A DNA stretch of 64,000 nt. It comes from Octopus sinensis. Lineage: Eukaryota. Shown in pieces: positions 1 through 13,046 of the stretch. The stretch spans positions 1,116,001 through 1,180,000 of the forward strand of contig NC_043024.1 in the NCBI RefSeq assembly GCF_006345805.1, read 5' to 3'. The first letter of the stretch is position 1. Every line of letters starts with the position of its first letter. Both the position numbers and the translations under genes were made by a program. The notes below the pieces were generated by a model. It saw only the letters and a list, made by a program, of their open reading frames with translations, was not told the DNA's origin and ran no database searches.

Positions 1-77
1 TTTTACTGGTGAGTGTGTTAAATTATAAGGCACTAAAAGAGAATGACTCTCTCCAGACACAACAGAATATCATTAAA

Positions 78-86
78 GTATATATG

Positions 87-121
<35 letters not shown>

Positions 122-144
122 GTATGTATATGTATGTATGTATG

Positions 145-176
<32 letters not shown>

Positions 177-337
177 TGTGTATGTATGTATGTATGTATG
201 TATGTATATGTATGTATGTATATATATGTATGTATGTATATATGTATGTATGTATGTATATATATATATATGTATGTATGTATGTATATGTATGTATGTA
301 TATATATGTATGTATGTATATATATGTATGTATGTGT

Positions 338-390
<53 letters not shown>
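78..390. repeat. compound (TA)n/(TATG)n microsatellite
   Basis: Directly visible; source of the YI/VCM-type ORFs. Confidence 0.97.
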
Positions 391-391
<1 letters not shown>

Positions 392-697
392 GGAGGCGCA
401 ATGGCCCAGTGGTTAGGGTAGCGGACTTGCAGTCGTAGGATCGTGGTTTTGATTCCCAGACCTGGCGGTGTGAGTGTTTATTGAGCGAAAATATCTAAAG
501 CCCCACGAGGCTCCGGCAGGGGGTGGTGGCGATCCCTGCTGTACTCTTTCGCCACAACTTTCACTCTTTCTTCTGTTGGCCTGCTCGCTTAACCAGCAGG
601 GTGGCGTCATTTGAAGGCTAAAACCAATGCAAAGTGCATTGTGACCAGCGATGTGTAGCAACATCTGATGGACTGGTTGGTCACGTGATCACGTGAT
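392..697 (+). mobile_element. tRNA-derived SINE family D (body A + tail 1)
   Basis: A box TGGCCCAGTGG and B-box-like GGTTTTGATTCC; the first ~180 bp match the reverse complement of 11647-11470. Confidence 0.85.
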
Positions 698-727
698 ATA
701 TATGTATGTATACTTTCCCTGATTGGC

Positions 728-910
728 AGCACATTGTGTTCTTGAGTAAAACAATTCATTTCATGTTACTGCATTCCCCCCCTTCCAATCAGGGGGGACT
801 GTTGGCCTACTCCCTTACCCAGCAGGGTAGCATCATTTGAAGGCTAAATCAATGCAAAACGCATTGTGACTAGCAATGTGTAACAACATCTGATAGCTTA
901 GTTGGTCAAG
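728..910 (+). mobile_element. 5'-truncated SINE family D (body B + tail 1)
   Basis: TGTGTTCTTGAGTAAAAC body shared with the copies near 18740 and 47155; tail matches 585-680. Confidence 0.7.
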
Positions 911-1845
911 TGTTGTGTGTGTGTGTGTATAGGAAGTAGTATCAAAAACGTTTCCAGATTTGTTATGTTTAGCAAAATATAACTTATTTGCCTAATTTTT
1001 AACATCAGAGGCAAAAAATGGTTGAGAAGCACTAAAATGGAGTCTGTGACCCAATGACTGAATGGCCAAAATCTTTCGATGGTGGAATGGTTTTGCACGC
1101 AGAATGCCAGCTTTAGAATGCATTAGTGCCAAGCTGTTTGTCAGTTTGAAATCCAGAGTTCAAATGCTGCCAAGGTCAGTCTACCCATTCAGCCAAACAC
1201 AGATCAATAATACGTATTATTACGGCAGAAGTAATCAATGCTCAATATCTGGCTTGGGTCAACATTTGTTGGGTTTCTGGGTCACCAGTTAAAGCTTGCG
1301 CTTCACTGCTGCTCCTGCTGCTGCCGCTGCTGCTACCGCTTTTTTTTAATGTTGTTATTGTTATTGTTCGTGGTGGTGATGATGATGATGTTGGTGTTGT
1401 TGGTGTTCTTCTTGTTACTGCTTATTGTTGTTGTTGCTGTGGCTGTTGTTGGAGGCGGATGAATGTCACCTGGGCTACAAAACAGCAACAGGAACACTGA
1501 TAGCTATAGCTACAGTACAACAACAACGACAACAACAATAGCAACAACAATGGCAGAGGGAGAAAAGGTCTGATCACAAGTTGCCATTGATGTTATTAAT
1601 AAGCAGCAACAAGAAATAAAAGCTTCCAACGGACCCAGGAGGGAGATTAATCTTAATAATATATGAATCACATGCTCTCACACACACACACACATGCATG
1701 TGTATGTGTGTGTGTGGGTGAATATGAACATACATACAAATATATATATGTATATATATAAACACATACAAAGATGTGTACAAATATGATATGATACATA
1801 ATATATATATGTATATATATATGTATATGTATATATACATATATG

Positions 1846-1882
<37 letters not shown>

Positions 1883-2252
1883 TGTATATACATATATGTA
1901 TATACATATATGTATATATATGTATGTATATGTATGTATATACTATATGTATGTATATATGTATCTATATATGATGTATATATGTATCTATATATGTATG
2001 TATAATATATATATATATAATATATATTATATTATATTATATATGTGCACATGCGCACATACTCACACATAATACATGTACGTATTATAAGTGTGAATTC
2101 TGTATAATGTATTTTAGGCCTTGCATATTTTTCTCTCTCTTACACACACACACACACGGACACACTGATAGCTGCTGCTGCACAGGACGGTCCCTGTTGG
2201 ACTCGCTGGCTTCAGAATACCAGACATCCTGTTTGGCATTCTATTGTAGTGT

Positions 2253-2332
2253 TTAATGATGTCTTTGATGCTGCATGGAATCAGGATTTTGATGTTGCGT
2301 GGATAGCAAGCTAGTTTGCTGTCTAGGATTTA
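2253..2332 (-). CDS. weak candidate terminal coding exon (xNPRQQTSLLSTQHQNPDSMQHQRHH*)
   Basis: Long pyrimidine tract ending CCATCTCAG on the minus strand, then non-repetitive sequence; no homology recognised. Confidence 0.2.
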
Positions 2333-2546
2333 CTGAGATGGAGGGAACCAACAAAAGAAAAAGAAAAAGATGAAAAGCAAAAAAAAAAGGGGGAAGAAGA
2401 AGAACTATGATTCTGTGTGAAGAAGGAAAAAGTTAATAAAATTAGTTTTGTATTCTGGTGTTTGGAATGGTTTTGTTGCTACTAAATGTACAAAGTGTGT
2501 AGATTCTGTTGTTTTTGAGCCTCGTGTCAGCCATAATCATGTAGAC

Positions 2547-2733
2547 CAGTGCTCTGCAACAGCTATGCAGTGGCACACTAGTGTGCCATGAGGCGATGCT
2601 AGGTGTGCCACAGGGTAACCTGAATATAATTTTTTCCCCTATACTTTTAGTTATAATTTCAGTTCAGGTGTTCCACTGAATTTTGGAAAGAATATAAGTG
2701 TACCATGGGTGAAAAAAAGGTTGCGGAGCCCTG
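2547..2733. mobile_element. hAT (Charlie-type) MITE
   Basis: TIRs CAGTGCTCTGCAAC / GTTGCGGAGCCCTG; 8-bp TSD ATGTAGAC / ATCTAGAC (7/8), fitting the NTCTAGAN target. Confidence 0.8.
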
Positions 2734-3000
2734 ATCTAGACATGGCATCAGAGTGTTCCAACCATGACTGTCCCTTCAGTTTGTATAACTGTAACTATGT
2801 GAACTCACAACCTTACAATCGAGAGCCGAATGCCCTAACCACTAAGCCATGCGCCTTCACTATAGGCACATAGACAAACATATATAAGCATAGACAGTTT
2901 GAGAGTGAGGCAGATAGATTAGGTGATGAGAATAGTGAGGAAGCTGACTGGATGGAGATGTGGAGAGACAAGAGAAGAAAGAGATATCCAGACAGACATA

Positions 3001-3475
3001 TATTCTTTTATTTGTTCCAGTCATTTGACTGTGGCTATGCTGGAGCACTGCCTCAAAGGATTTTTAGTTGCAGAAATCGACCCCAGGACTTATTCTCTGT
3101 AGGCCTAGTACTTATTCTATTGGTCTCTTTTGTCAAACTGTTAAGTTGTGGAGATGTAAACACACCGACATTGGTTATCAAATGATGGTGAAGAGACAAA
3201 CACATGGCACTCACACACAACACATATTATATATATATATAATTATATATATATATATATCTATAATATATAGTTCAGCATAATTTAGATTCAGATGAAT
3301 CTGGTACTTAAGTTAAAGGCACCATAATTTGGTATGGTATTATCCATAAAAATCAAATGGGGTGATTATAACAAAATTAGCAACAAGATATCCAAGGTAG
3401 TGTAGTACAATTGAAGTAGCATGAACAATTGTACTACACTACCTTGGATATCCTGTTGCTAATTTCATTATATAT

Positions 3476-3519
<44 letters not shown>

Positions 3520-3667
3520 GTGATGGGTTTCTTTCAGTTTTTCCATCTACCAAATTCACTCACAAAGCTTTAGTTGGCTAGAAGCTATAGTAGAAGACAC
3601 TTGCCCAAGGTGCCACGCAGTGGGACCATGTGGTTGGGAAGCAAACTTCATACCACATGCCTGCACC
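3001..3667 (-). mobile_element. SINE family A (tRNA head, CORE-like, internal microsatellite), interrupted by a fold-back insertion
   Basis: Both halves match other family A copies; extra sequence at about 3270-3480 lies inside the internal TA tract. Confidence 0.8.
3367..3471. repeat. inverted repeat, ~40-47 bp arms, 12-bp spacer
   Basis: AAATTAGCAACAAGATATCCAAGGTAGTGTAGTACAATTG and its near-perfect reverse complement at 3426-3465. Confidence 0.92.
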
Positions 3668-3695
3668 TATATGCATGTGTCTGTGTGTGTATGTC

Positions 3696-3745
<50 letters not shown>

Positions 3746-4250
3746 GAGAGAGAGAGAGCACAGATGTACAGACAGACTGACAGGCAGACATGTAGTCAGT
3801 GAATCAGATGGAGAGTAAGGCAGATGAGTGAGGTAACGAAGAAGAGTCAGCTGGTTCACTAAATGGAAGAGTCTTGACAGACAGCAGATGTAGAGAGATG
3901 AGGCATCGGACGGAGAAGATCAGGAATATTCAATAGAATTATTAAGGCCAGTCTGGAACACCATCTCTGCTGCCACCATCTTTCGTCTTTGGTCCCCTCC
4001 TCCACATCATCTCTACCCTGTCTCTCCATCCTTTCCTCAACCTCACTTTACAGAACTGTTTTTGGTTTTAGAATGAAAGTTCATAATTAACTGAGTAGAT
4101 TTCTATTGTTCAGGCGCAGCCAGGGCCACCGTTTCTTTGATGTAGAGATCTTCAGTTAATCCTCCACCAGTTCTTGCATCACCTTAACTGGCTCACGTCC
4201 AGCATTTCGTCCTTCAGTCCTTAAGGGTATTTTTTCCATTTTTTTTAATT

Positions 4251-4488
4251 TACTCTTTTACTCTTTTACTGTTTTCAGCAGTCATTTGACTGTGGCCATG
4301 CTGGAGCACCACCTTTAGTCGAGCAAAATCGACCCCAGGACTTATTCTTTGTAAACCTAGTACTTACTCTATACTTCTATTCTACGGTCTCTTTTGCCGA
4401 ACCGCTAAGTTATGGGGACATAAACACACCATACATCATCGGTTGTCAAGCAATGCTAGGGGGACAACACAGACACACAAACATATAT

Positions 4489-4523
<35 letters not shown>

Positions 4524-4686
4524 CACACGACAGGCTTCTTCAGTTTTTCCGTCTACCAATCCACTCCACAGGGCTTTGGTTGGGCCCAGACTATAGCAGA
4601 AGCACTTGCCCAAGGTGCACTCAGTGGACTGAACCCGAACCATGTGGTTCGTAAGCAAGCTACTTACCACACACCACTCCTACGCC
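4251..4686 (-). mobile_element. SINE family A
   Basis: Near full-length match to the 8813 and 9691 copies in reverse; ends in a GAGTAAAA-type tail. Confidence 0.9.
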
Positions 4687-4923
4687 TATTTGTTTATCTT
4701 TTAAAACATTTTTTTTACATTTTCCCTTTTTTTCTTGTACTGGTTTCAATCCTTGAATGGCAGGGGCCTTGCTGAGGTAAGGCATTCAGGGGCTTTTATT
4801 TCAGTCAGTCGTATCCACCCCACTAATTATTTAAGTCAGGTACTCAGCTTATCGATTCCTGATTACAAAATGTTCATTGTAAAGCGATGCAGCGTGGCAT
4901 AGTCTTTCATGCCAGTATATAAT

Positions 4924-4957
<34 letters not shown>

Positions 4958-5235
4958 CACACAACACACACACACACAACACACACACACACACAAACAC
5001 ACACTCGCCACACACATATATATACATACATCTATTTGTAGGAGCACACCTTTCGATGTAAGTTTAAAGTTCTTCTCTAATGTAATCAAATGCAAATATT
5101 GTGTAACTTTACGCATCAAATCATTTATGTGCCATGGCATAAACAACAAACTTGTACGGAATTGATTATAACTAGCGTCAAGATGCGCTGAATTCATTCT
5201 TTGTCTCCTTGTTTGGATTATATATATATATATAT

Positions 5236-5590
5236 ATATCTTTTCTCTTTTCTCTCTTTTACTTGTTTCAGTCATTTGACTGCGGCCATGCCTGAGCACC
5301 ACCTTTATCGAGCAACTCGACCCCGGGACTTATTCTTTGTAAGCCCAGTACTTATTCTATCGGTCTCTTTTGCCGAACCGCTAAGTAACGGGGACATAAA
5401 CACACCAGCATCGGTTGTCAAGCAATGCTAGGGGACAAACCAGACACAACACACACACAGCACACATATATATAATACACATACGATGGGCCTCCCACAC
5501 TCACATACACCTTGGTCTGCCCAAGCTATAGTAAGACACTTCCCACCACACAGTGGACTGAACCCGGACCTGTTGTTGTAAAGTTCACTT
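5236..5590 (-). mobile_element. SINE family A, degenerate 5' half
   Basis: 3' half conserved; head heavily diverged. Confidence 0.75.
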
Positions 5591-5759
5591 ACCTCACGTC
5601 TATATACCTTTCCATAATTCACATCACAAGGCCTTAATCGCAGCGGCCCCAAAGGAAGAAACTTTATAGCTAGGAAAGAAAGGATGAAAATACATTCAAC
5701 CTTTTCCACACACACACACACACATAGATGAACCATGAATTTGTATCTTTGTCCAGTAC

Positions 5760-6330
5760 CGGGCAACACAAGAACCCATGTGGCCGTTCATCCATGGCAC
5801 CTGTGTCTGGCACATAAAGCACCATCCGAGACCGACAACAGTCCACCTCATACCTTATTCTTTGTGATGTGAAGACCTTGCCATTGTGAAGACTGTTGAC
5901 AATAAAATCACACCAAATATGACAAAATAGATTTGTATTTTGGTACATGCCGCAGTCATCGCAATGGTTAAGTAGCCACCGTAGACTGGCCTCCTTCTTT
6001 GCGTCAAACACAATCCTTCGTAGGCCGAGCCTCATCTGTGTATTAGAAATAAAACACCATCCGCGTGTCCGCTGCCACCTCATCGGCACCTGTGGTCGGT
6101 TAAAATCGATGTGCCGTCTGCCAGCCTCAACCTTCGGTGGCACATAAAACAACCATTCCGAAGCGTGGCCGTTTCGCCACCTTCCACCTTGTCGGTGGCA
6201 CATAAAATCACCCACTACACTATGGTTTGGTAGAAATCCAGCTGTAGAACTGCCAATCTGACTTGGTGCACCTTCGGTCAACCCATTTTGATCAACCCAT
6301 GCAGCATGGAAACGGACAATGATATTATCA
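5760..6330 (+). mobile_element. degenerate RTE-LINE 3' UTR (family C)
   Basis: Repeated GGCACATAAA-CACC modules, CCAGCTGTAGAAC, and the end motif CAACCCATGCAGCATGGAAACGGAC. Confidence 0.6.
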
Positions 6331-6395
6331 TATGATGAGGTAAAACGGTAAGATAACAAAAGAAAAAAGAATATTATGTAATAGATCAATTTATC

Positions 6396-6478
6396 TATAA
6401 AATAATATGTTACAATTTACTCAATAGTCAAGATAAATCTCAGAGTTTTATCTTGACTATTGAGTAATTGTAACATAT

Positions 6479-6486
<8 letters not shown>
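6396..6486. repeat. near-perfect palindrome, ~40-bp arms, 9-bp spacer
   Basis: AATAATATGTTACAATTTACTCAATAGTCAAGATAAA-tctcagagt-TTTATCTTGACTATTGAGTAATTGTAACATATTATT. Confidence 0.92.
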
Positions 6487-6514
<28 letters not shown>

Positions 6515-6544
6515 TTTTGTTGTTGATGTTATTATTATCATTAA

Positions 6545-6750
6545 GGTGGCAAGGTGGCAGAATCGTTAGCACTCCAGACAGAATGCTTAGCAGTATTTCG
6601 CTCGTCGCTACGTTCTGACTTCATCTTCTGCCGCAGTCAACTTTGCCTTTCATCCTTTTGAGGTTGATAAATTAGATACCAGTGAAACACTGGGGGTCGA
6701 TGTAGTCGACTAGTCCCCACCCCTCAAATTTCAGGCCTTGTGCCTATAGT
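6545..6750 (+). mobile_element. SINE family B
   Basis: GGCAGAATCGTTAGCA head and CTTTGCCTTTCATCCTTT central domain. Confidence 0.8.
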
Positions 6751-7060
6751 CGGAAATAAGGTAACGGATGACTCGTCCAAGAAAATAACATGCTTCCACT
6801 GCTCTAGGGACCAATTCTATAGGTTTTTACTCCACTCTAAACGCTTTGCAACATTTGTTTAGTAAAGTAGTGGTTTTCTGATTGCAGCCCTCCTGTGAAA
6901 TCTGGCTTTGTGCAGCTCCCAGCGAACAGTTTTTGTGGAAACTGGGTTCTCAAGGTGGTCATTAAGCTCTGCAGCAATTTTGGGAGCTGTACTTTTGTGA
7001 TCCTTTCTAACAATTTGCATAAGAGTCTGACGGTCCCTATCTGAAAGTTTAGGTTTTCTT
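6749..7060 (-). mobile_element. Tc1/mariner transposase fragment (pseudogenised)
   Basis: LSDRDRQTLMQIVRK...VSTKTVRWELHKARFHRRAAIRKPLL (Tc3-type HTH), then KRLEWSKNL*NWSLEQWKHVIFLDESS (first catalytic Asp region), with stops and frameshift. Confidence 0.9.
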
Positions 7061-7254
7061 TCGTAGTTTTGTGGGCTAACATTGATGAACAACTGTTGAT
7101 TTGCATTAATTATTATTATTATTATTATATATATGTATGTGCATATTTGTGTGTGTGTATGACCTGTCCGTGTTTTTTGTATCGTCTTCTAAATGTTTTA
7201 CGTTCTTGTCCCAGTTTGTATTTTTTTACATTTACATATATATATATATATATA

Positions 7255-7455
7255 TGTGGCAAAATGGGAGAAATGTTAGCACGCCGGGAAAAATGCTTTA
7301 TGTCTTTATGTTCTGAGTTCAAATTCCGCTGAGGTTAACTTTGCCTTTCTTCCTTTTGGGGTCATTAAATTAAGTACTAATTGCGTACTGGGATCAATCT
7401 AACCAACTTGACCCCTCCCCCCAAATTTCGGGCCTTGTGCCTAGAGTAGAAAAGA
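7255..7455 (+). mobile_element. SINE family B
   Basis: B box GAGTTCAAATTCC and the family B body. Confidence 0.8.
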
Positions 7456-8066
7456 ATATTTATGTGTGTGTGTGTGTGTGTGTAAACAGAGGCATACTTA
7501 TACACATATACTTATTTACACTCTTATAAACACACACACACACACACACACACAATGCATGTTGCCCTATAAGTGTGTGTATTTACTGTTAAAACAAAAC
7601 TCATTTGCAAATAATTTAATTGTATGATTTCATGCTTCACAGACCGCACCCCCCCCCCCCCACTCTAAACTTAGATGTGACATATTTTATTCAATTATCA
7701 CCCAGTGTTATCAGCAATTATCATTCACAGTGTTAGTTTCCAACACACTTTACTGCATATTAACACGCTACATTGCATACAGAACCATGTGCAACAACTG
7801 TCACAACACAATCAATTCTCACTCAAAACAGGCAATGCACCACTTTCGCTTTTTGCCTTTTTTTTAATGATTTTTTTTTTACACATTCCCGTATTTTTTT
7901 TTCTCTCGATCTCTCTATCTCTCTCACTCATTCTCTCTCGCTGACTATCTACCTATCTCTATATCTATCTCCATCTATCTATGCATATCTGTCTGTCTGT
8001 CTATTGATCTATCTATCTATCTATCTATCTATCTGCCTTTGTCTGTCTATCTATACATATATATGC

Positions 8067-8097
<31 letters not shown>

Positions 8098-8223
8098 CAC
8101 ATGCACTCATATATACATACATACACACATATATATATATATTTATATATACACATGCACACATATATATACATACACACACACACACATATGTATATAT
8201 ATATACACACACACACACACACG

Positions 8224-8279
<56 letters not shown>

Positions 8280-8812
8280 CTTGTGCATACATACATATAT
8301 ATATACACACACATACACGTATATACATACACACATGATGTACATATGTTGTGCTAAAAACATTATCAGGTTCCAGTCGTATTGCTTTGTTCTGAAGACT
8401 TTTTCCTCTTATTTCCTCCTGGTTCTTCTCATTCAATTTATTCCAGCTGAACATTTGTCATTGCAGATCTCTGATCAAATGCATTCCATCTGCTGCCAAA
8501 CCATAATTTCCTCCATCAAGGATTCTAATGATCAATGCATCCAATTTTTTTTAGGTCTTTTATTACCATATTTCTGTTGGAATTAACTGCTTTTATTTCT
8601 ATTAATTTTGGAAATTATAAAGAATTTAGTAAAATAATTGTCCTTATTAAGCTGGTGTTTTGAACACAAATTAATATCAAATTTTGAGGGAAGGTTTTAA
8701 TTTTGATCACTTTAACCCTTTTGCTACCATATTTCTGCTGAAATACCCTGCGTTTGTTTCTATTTATTTTGAAATCAATGAAGAATTTAATAAAAGAACT
8801 GTTGTTATTAAA

Positions 8813-9232
8813 CGTAGGAGTGGCTGTGTGGCAAGTAGCTTGCTTACGAACCACATGGTTCTGGGTTCAGTCCCACTGCGTGGCACCTTGGGCAAGTGTC
8901 TTCTACTATAGCCTTGGGCCGACCAAAGCTTTGTGAGTGGATTTGGTAGACTGAAACTGAACGAAGCCTGTCGTATATATATGTATGTGTATGTATATAT
9001 ATATGTGTATGTGTATATATGTCTTTATGTTTGTGTGTCTGTGTTTGTCCCCCTAACATCGCTTGACAACCGATGCTGGTGTGTTTACGTCGCCATCACT
9101 TAGCGATTCGGCAAAAGAGACCGATAGAATAAGTACTGGGCTTACAAAGAATAAGTCCCGGGGTCGATTTGTTTGACTAAAGGCGGTGCTCCAGCATGGC
9201 CGCAGTCAAATGACTGAAACAAGTAAAATAGT
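8813..9232 (+). mobile_element. SINE family A, full length, inserted into a piggyBac-like MITE tandem
   Basis: A box TGGCTGTGTGG, B box GGTTCAGTCCC, CORE-like CCTTGGGCAAGTG; the flanks continue the TTAACCC-type repeat. Confidence 0.9.
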
Positions 9233-9344
9233 AAGTGTTTGGAACAAATTAATGTCAAATTTTGGTGGAAGGTTTTTTTTTTATTTAGACCACTTTAACC
9301 CTTAAGTGAGTATATTTTTGTTGAAATAAACTGCCATGACAACG

Positions 9345-9545
9345 ACTTCATTTGACTCAACAGGTCTTCTCAAGCATAGCATATTACCTGGTGATTGGAG
9401 GGTACTTTTAAATGGGCCGGTTATGTGACACTGGCATTGGCCACAGCTACAATCTCAATAGACTTTGCCAGGTCTTCTCAAGCAAAGCATATTCCCAATG
9501 GTCTCAGTTGCTTGTCAAAGCCTCTGTGAGGCTCGTTCGAAGTGT
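9345..9545 (-). mobile_element. RTE-LINE ORF2 C-terminus fragment
   Basis: CTCAACAGGTCTTCTCAAGC motif occurring twice; also seen at 61580 and (reversed) 32130. Confidence 0.55.
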
Positions 9546-9571
9546 TGTGTATGTGTGCATATGTGTAGATA

Positions 9572-9603
<32 letters not shown>

Positions 9604-9611
9604 GATATGTG

Positions 9612-9650
<39 letters not shown>

Positions 9651-9654
9651 GATA

Positions 9655-9690
<36 letters not shown>

Positions 9691-10080
9691 GGCGTAGCAG
9701 TGGCTGTGTGGTAAGTAGCTTGCTAACCAACCACATGGTTCCGGGTTCAGTCCCACTGCGTGGCATCTTGGGAAAGTGTCTTCTGCTATAGCCCCGGGCC
9801 GACCAATGTCTTGTGAGTGGATTTGGTAGACGGAAACTGAAAGAAGCCTGTCGTATATATGTATGTGTGTGTTTGTGTTTGTTCCCCTAGCATTGCTTGA
9901 CAACCGATGCTGGTGTGTTTACGTCCCCGTCACTTAGCGGTTCGGATAAAAGAGACTGATAGAATAAGTACTGGGCTTACAAAGAATAAGTCCCGGGGTC
10001 GATTTGCTCGACTAAAAGGTGGTGCTCCAGCATGGCCGCAGTCAAATGACTGAAACAAGTAAAAGAGTAAAGAGAGTAAA
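9691..10080 (+). mobile_element. SINE family A, full length
   Basis: Same architecture as the 8813 copy. Confidence 0.92.
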
Positions 10081-10317
10081 TATAGAAGTTCAAATAAAGG
10101 TTGCAAACCTCATTAAGGGATAGCAAAATCCCATGAAAGTACTGGTTAGTTCCCTTTACAAAGAATATTGAACATTACAGTTAATACTCAACTGCAATGT
10201 AACTATATAAACCGTAGTTTATATATATATATCTATTTTTTATAATGAAAGAAAATAGAGAGATAATTAATAAATTATTATTTATTAATTAAAAAAATTG
10301 GCAACATCTCTTACAGC

Positions 10318-10417
10318 NNNNNNNNNNNNNNNNNNNNNNNNNNNNNNNNNNNNNNNNNNNNNNNNNNNNNNNNNNNNNNNNNNNNNNNNNNNNNNNNNNN
10401 NNNNNNNNNNNNNNNNN
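10318..10417. other. assembly gap (100 N)
   Basis: Run of N. Confidence 1.
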
Positions 10418-10587
10418 TCATTATCATTGTCATGATTATCCTCCTCATCATCATCATTGTCTTCATCATCACTATTGACATTGTCATGATTATCATCATT
10501 TTCATTATTGTCTTCCTCCTCCTCCTACTCCTCCTCCTCCTCATCATCATCACCATCATCATCATCACCATCATAATCACCATCACC

Positions 10588-10633
<46 letters not shown>

Positions 10634-10700
10634 ATGTCATGATTATCATCATCATTGTCCTCCTCCTCTTCCTCGTCGTTGTTGTTATCATCATCATCAT
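10418..10700. repeat. (ATC)n/(CTC)n trinucleotide array
   Basis: Directly visible. Confidence 0.95.
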
Positions 10701-11260
10701 CATGGTCCTGAAATGGACTTAAGATCGAATAAGTCAGTCAATCCAGTAGTCGGGGCCAGTAACAGAAGCCAGTGCATTACAAAGCTGTCGAAACGAAGGC
10801 CCTGAATTGGTGCTCATTCTCTCTTGATGTCCCCTGAAACCTACCGGCATCTTGTAATGCATATTTCTTTGAGGCAAACTATTTCCAAGTCTCTACCTGG
10901 GAATATCATTAAATTTTAACTTTCTCAAAATGGTGGTTTCATTGATTTTCATCCTTTACAAACAAACACACTGTTGGTCCAGTCTTGGATTCAAGCATAT
11001 TTTTTAAAATATCTTATCATGTAATAATATTAATAGTTTTTCTGTTTAACTTAGATGACATCTGTGTTTATTTTTGTTGTTGTCATTATTATAAACAGGT
11101 ATAAGGTGGCAAGCTGGCAGAATTGTTTGACGCTGGGCAAAATAAGTACCAGTGAAATACTGGGGGGGGGGTCAATGTAATCGAGTAGTCCCTTCCCCCA
11201 AAAAATGTCAGGCCTTGTGCCTTTAGTAGACAACAGACGTTAAATGATGCTGATTATCAT

Positions 11261-11647
11261 GGATGGAAGCATTCTGTCGGTTACGACGACGAGGGTTCCG
11301 GTTGATCCGATCAACGAAACAGCCTGCTCGTGAAATTAACGTGTAAGTGGCTGAGCACTCCACAGACACGTGTACCCTTAACGTAGTTTCTCGGGATATT
11401 CAGCGTGACACAGAGTGTGACAAGGCCGGCCCTTTGAAATACAGGTACAACAGAAACAGGAAGTAAGAGTGAGAGAAAGTTGTGGTGAAAGAGTACAGCA
11501 GGGATCACCACCATCCCCTGCCGGAGCCTCGTGGAGCTTTTAGGTGTTTTCGCTCAATAAACACTCACAACGCCCAGTCTGGGAATCGAAACCGCGATCC
11601 TATGACTGCGAGTCCACTGCCCTAACCACTGGGCCATTGCGCCTCCA
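11261..11647 (-). mobile_element. SINE family D (body A + tail 2) with 12-bp TSD
   Basis: tRNA-like head; GCTGATTATCAT direct repeat at 11249-11260 and 11649-11660. Confidence 0.92.
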
Positions 11648-12429
11648 AGCTGATTATCATAAACAGGTATAGAACGAAGAACAACGCTTTCACTGTGAAA
11701 TTAACTTTGTCATTCCAGTAATGGATGTTAAATATCTATCAAAAAACCAGAACTGGTTTGTTCTGCAAGTCACAATGATGTATCTCAACAAGAAATTGTT
11801 TCAAACGTGACATTCCTCAACAAATTTTGAGTGAATAATCTGATTTTCTTCAGGAAAAGAACTAGACCAAGATATTTTAAAAGTATTGCCACTAGTTTCT
11901 CTTCTTCGTCTTCAAATATATCTGAATAGTTCTGTCAAAAATCTCTTATCTGGGTTAACAAATGAGTGTCTGTGTAAATAATATCTCATCTTGAATTAGG
12001 ATTTTAATTTGAAACTGTCCTTCAGTTTTAAGAGCAGTATACCAAAAAACTGATGAGTTTTCCAATAAGCAGGCAGCTACTAGCATTTAGTACTGTTTCA
12101 AGCATATACGGTGGTTGAATTACAACTTTTGAACAGATGACTAACATTAACGAAGTTAAATGAACTCAAAAACTTTTTACAAGAGTAGGAAACTTTAATA
12201 GTATTTCTATTGAAGGCTTTGTAATAAATATAAGCCCTAATAAAATGAAGTGAGATTAAATTAAAGGATTCTTTGGCTATATTTATCCAGACATTTAAAC
12301 TAAAGATTGTATTATATCACAGAGTTGTTCTAGTTCTATTTTTACACCTGGAAGCTAAAAGTCTGAACATGTACTCTCTTCCTTCTGTTAAAGTATCATC
12401 GTTCAAAAACAAAGATGAAATTGCTTACT

Positions 12430-12625
12430 GATATTGGAAACTAAATTATTGCGAATATTAGCTGGGTGGTTAGAATCCTTATCAATGTAACAAAGAAAAA
12501 AAAAAGGCGAATAACTGTAATAACTGTTCTTCCAGTAGGCTTTATGTGAAGCAAAATATTTATTCGTGTCCAGATTGAAGGTGATATCCAAGAAGTTAAC
12601 TGTTGAAAGATATTTTCGCCCACAC
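12430..12625 (-). mobile_element. Penelope-like element RT/thumb fragment
   Basis: VNFLDITFNLDTNKY...YIDKDSNHPANIRNNL resembles the PLE motif FLD...Y...SNHP..I..N. Confidence 0.8.
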
Positions 12626-12839
12626 ATTTAATTATTCAGTTATTACTTGCTTTCTTACTCACTTCTCTTTCTTATCTATTTACTATTATCCCTTTGTTGG
12701 TTTTTTTTTTGTATCTTTGTTTTTGTTGCTCTCTTATTACCCCCCCCCCCCCCGTGCCTTCGCTTTCTTATCTTGAGGATTTTCTGTTGTTCTTTTTTCT
12801 TTTTGTTTACTTTGGCTCTGTATTCTGCATCTCTCTCTC

Positions 12840-13008
12840 TCCCTCTCTCTCCATCTTTTCTTGGGAGGGGGGAGGGGCTTGTTTGACATGTGTTGAAAAG
12901 TGTAGTATTTATATTTCTGGGAACCTGATACCTTGAATCAACTTCAACCAAACTGCTTTACTATCATCTACACAGGCAACGGTTAAACTTTAAAAACAAT
13001 CTATCCTC

Positions 13009-13046
<38 letters not shown>

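Noticed and set aside
392-470. tRNA-like sequences with A and B boxes (here and at every SINE head)
   Set aside because: They run directly into SINE bodies and have no complete cloverleaf or acceptor stem, so they are not tRNA genes.
3290-3345. Possible degenerate hammerhead (CAGATGAATCTGGT...ACCATAAT)
   Set aside because: GAAA is absent and an alternative hairpin (AGATTC/GAATCT) explains the sequence.
5670-6389. 239-aa minus-strand ORF
   Set aside because: Antisense reading of a decayed RTE 3' UTR flanked by simple repeats; no domain recognised.
10762-10800. Possible degenerate hammerhead (CAGAAGCCAG...CTGTCGAAAC)
   Set aside because: The core has several substitutions and no stem III or NUH site can be drawn.
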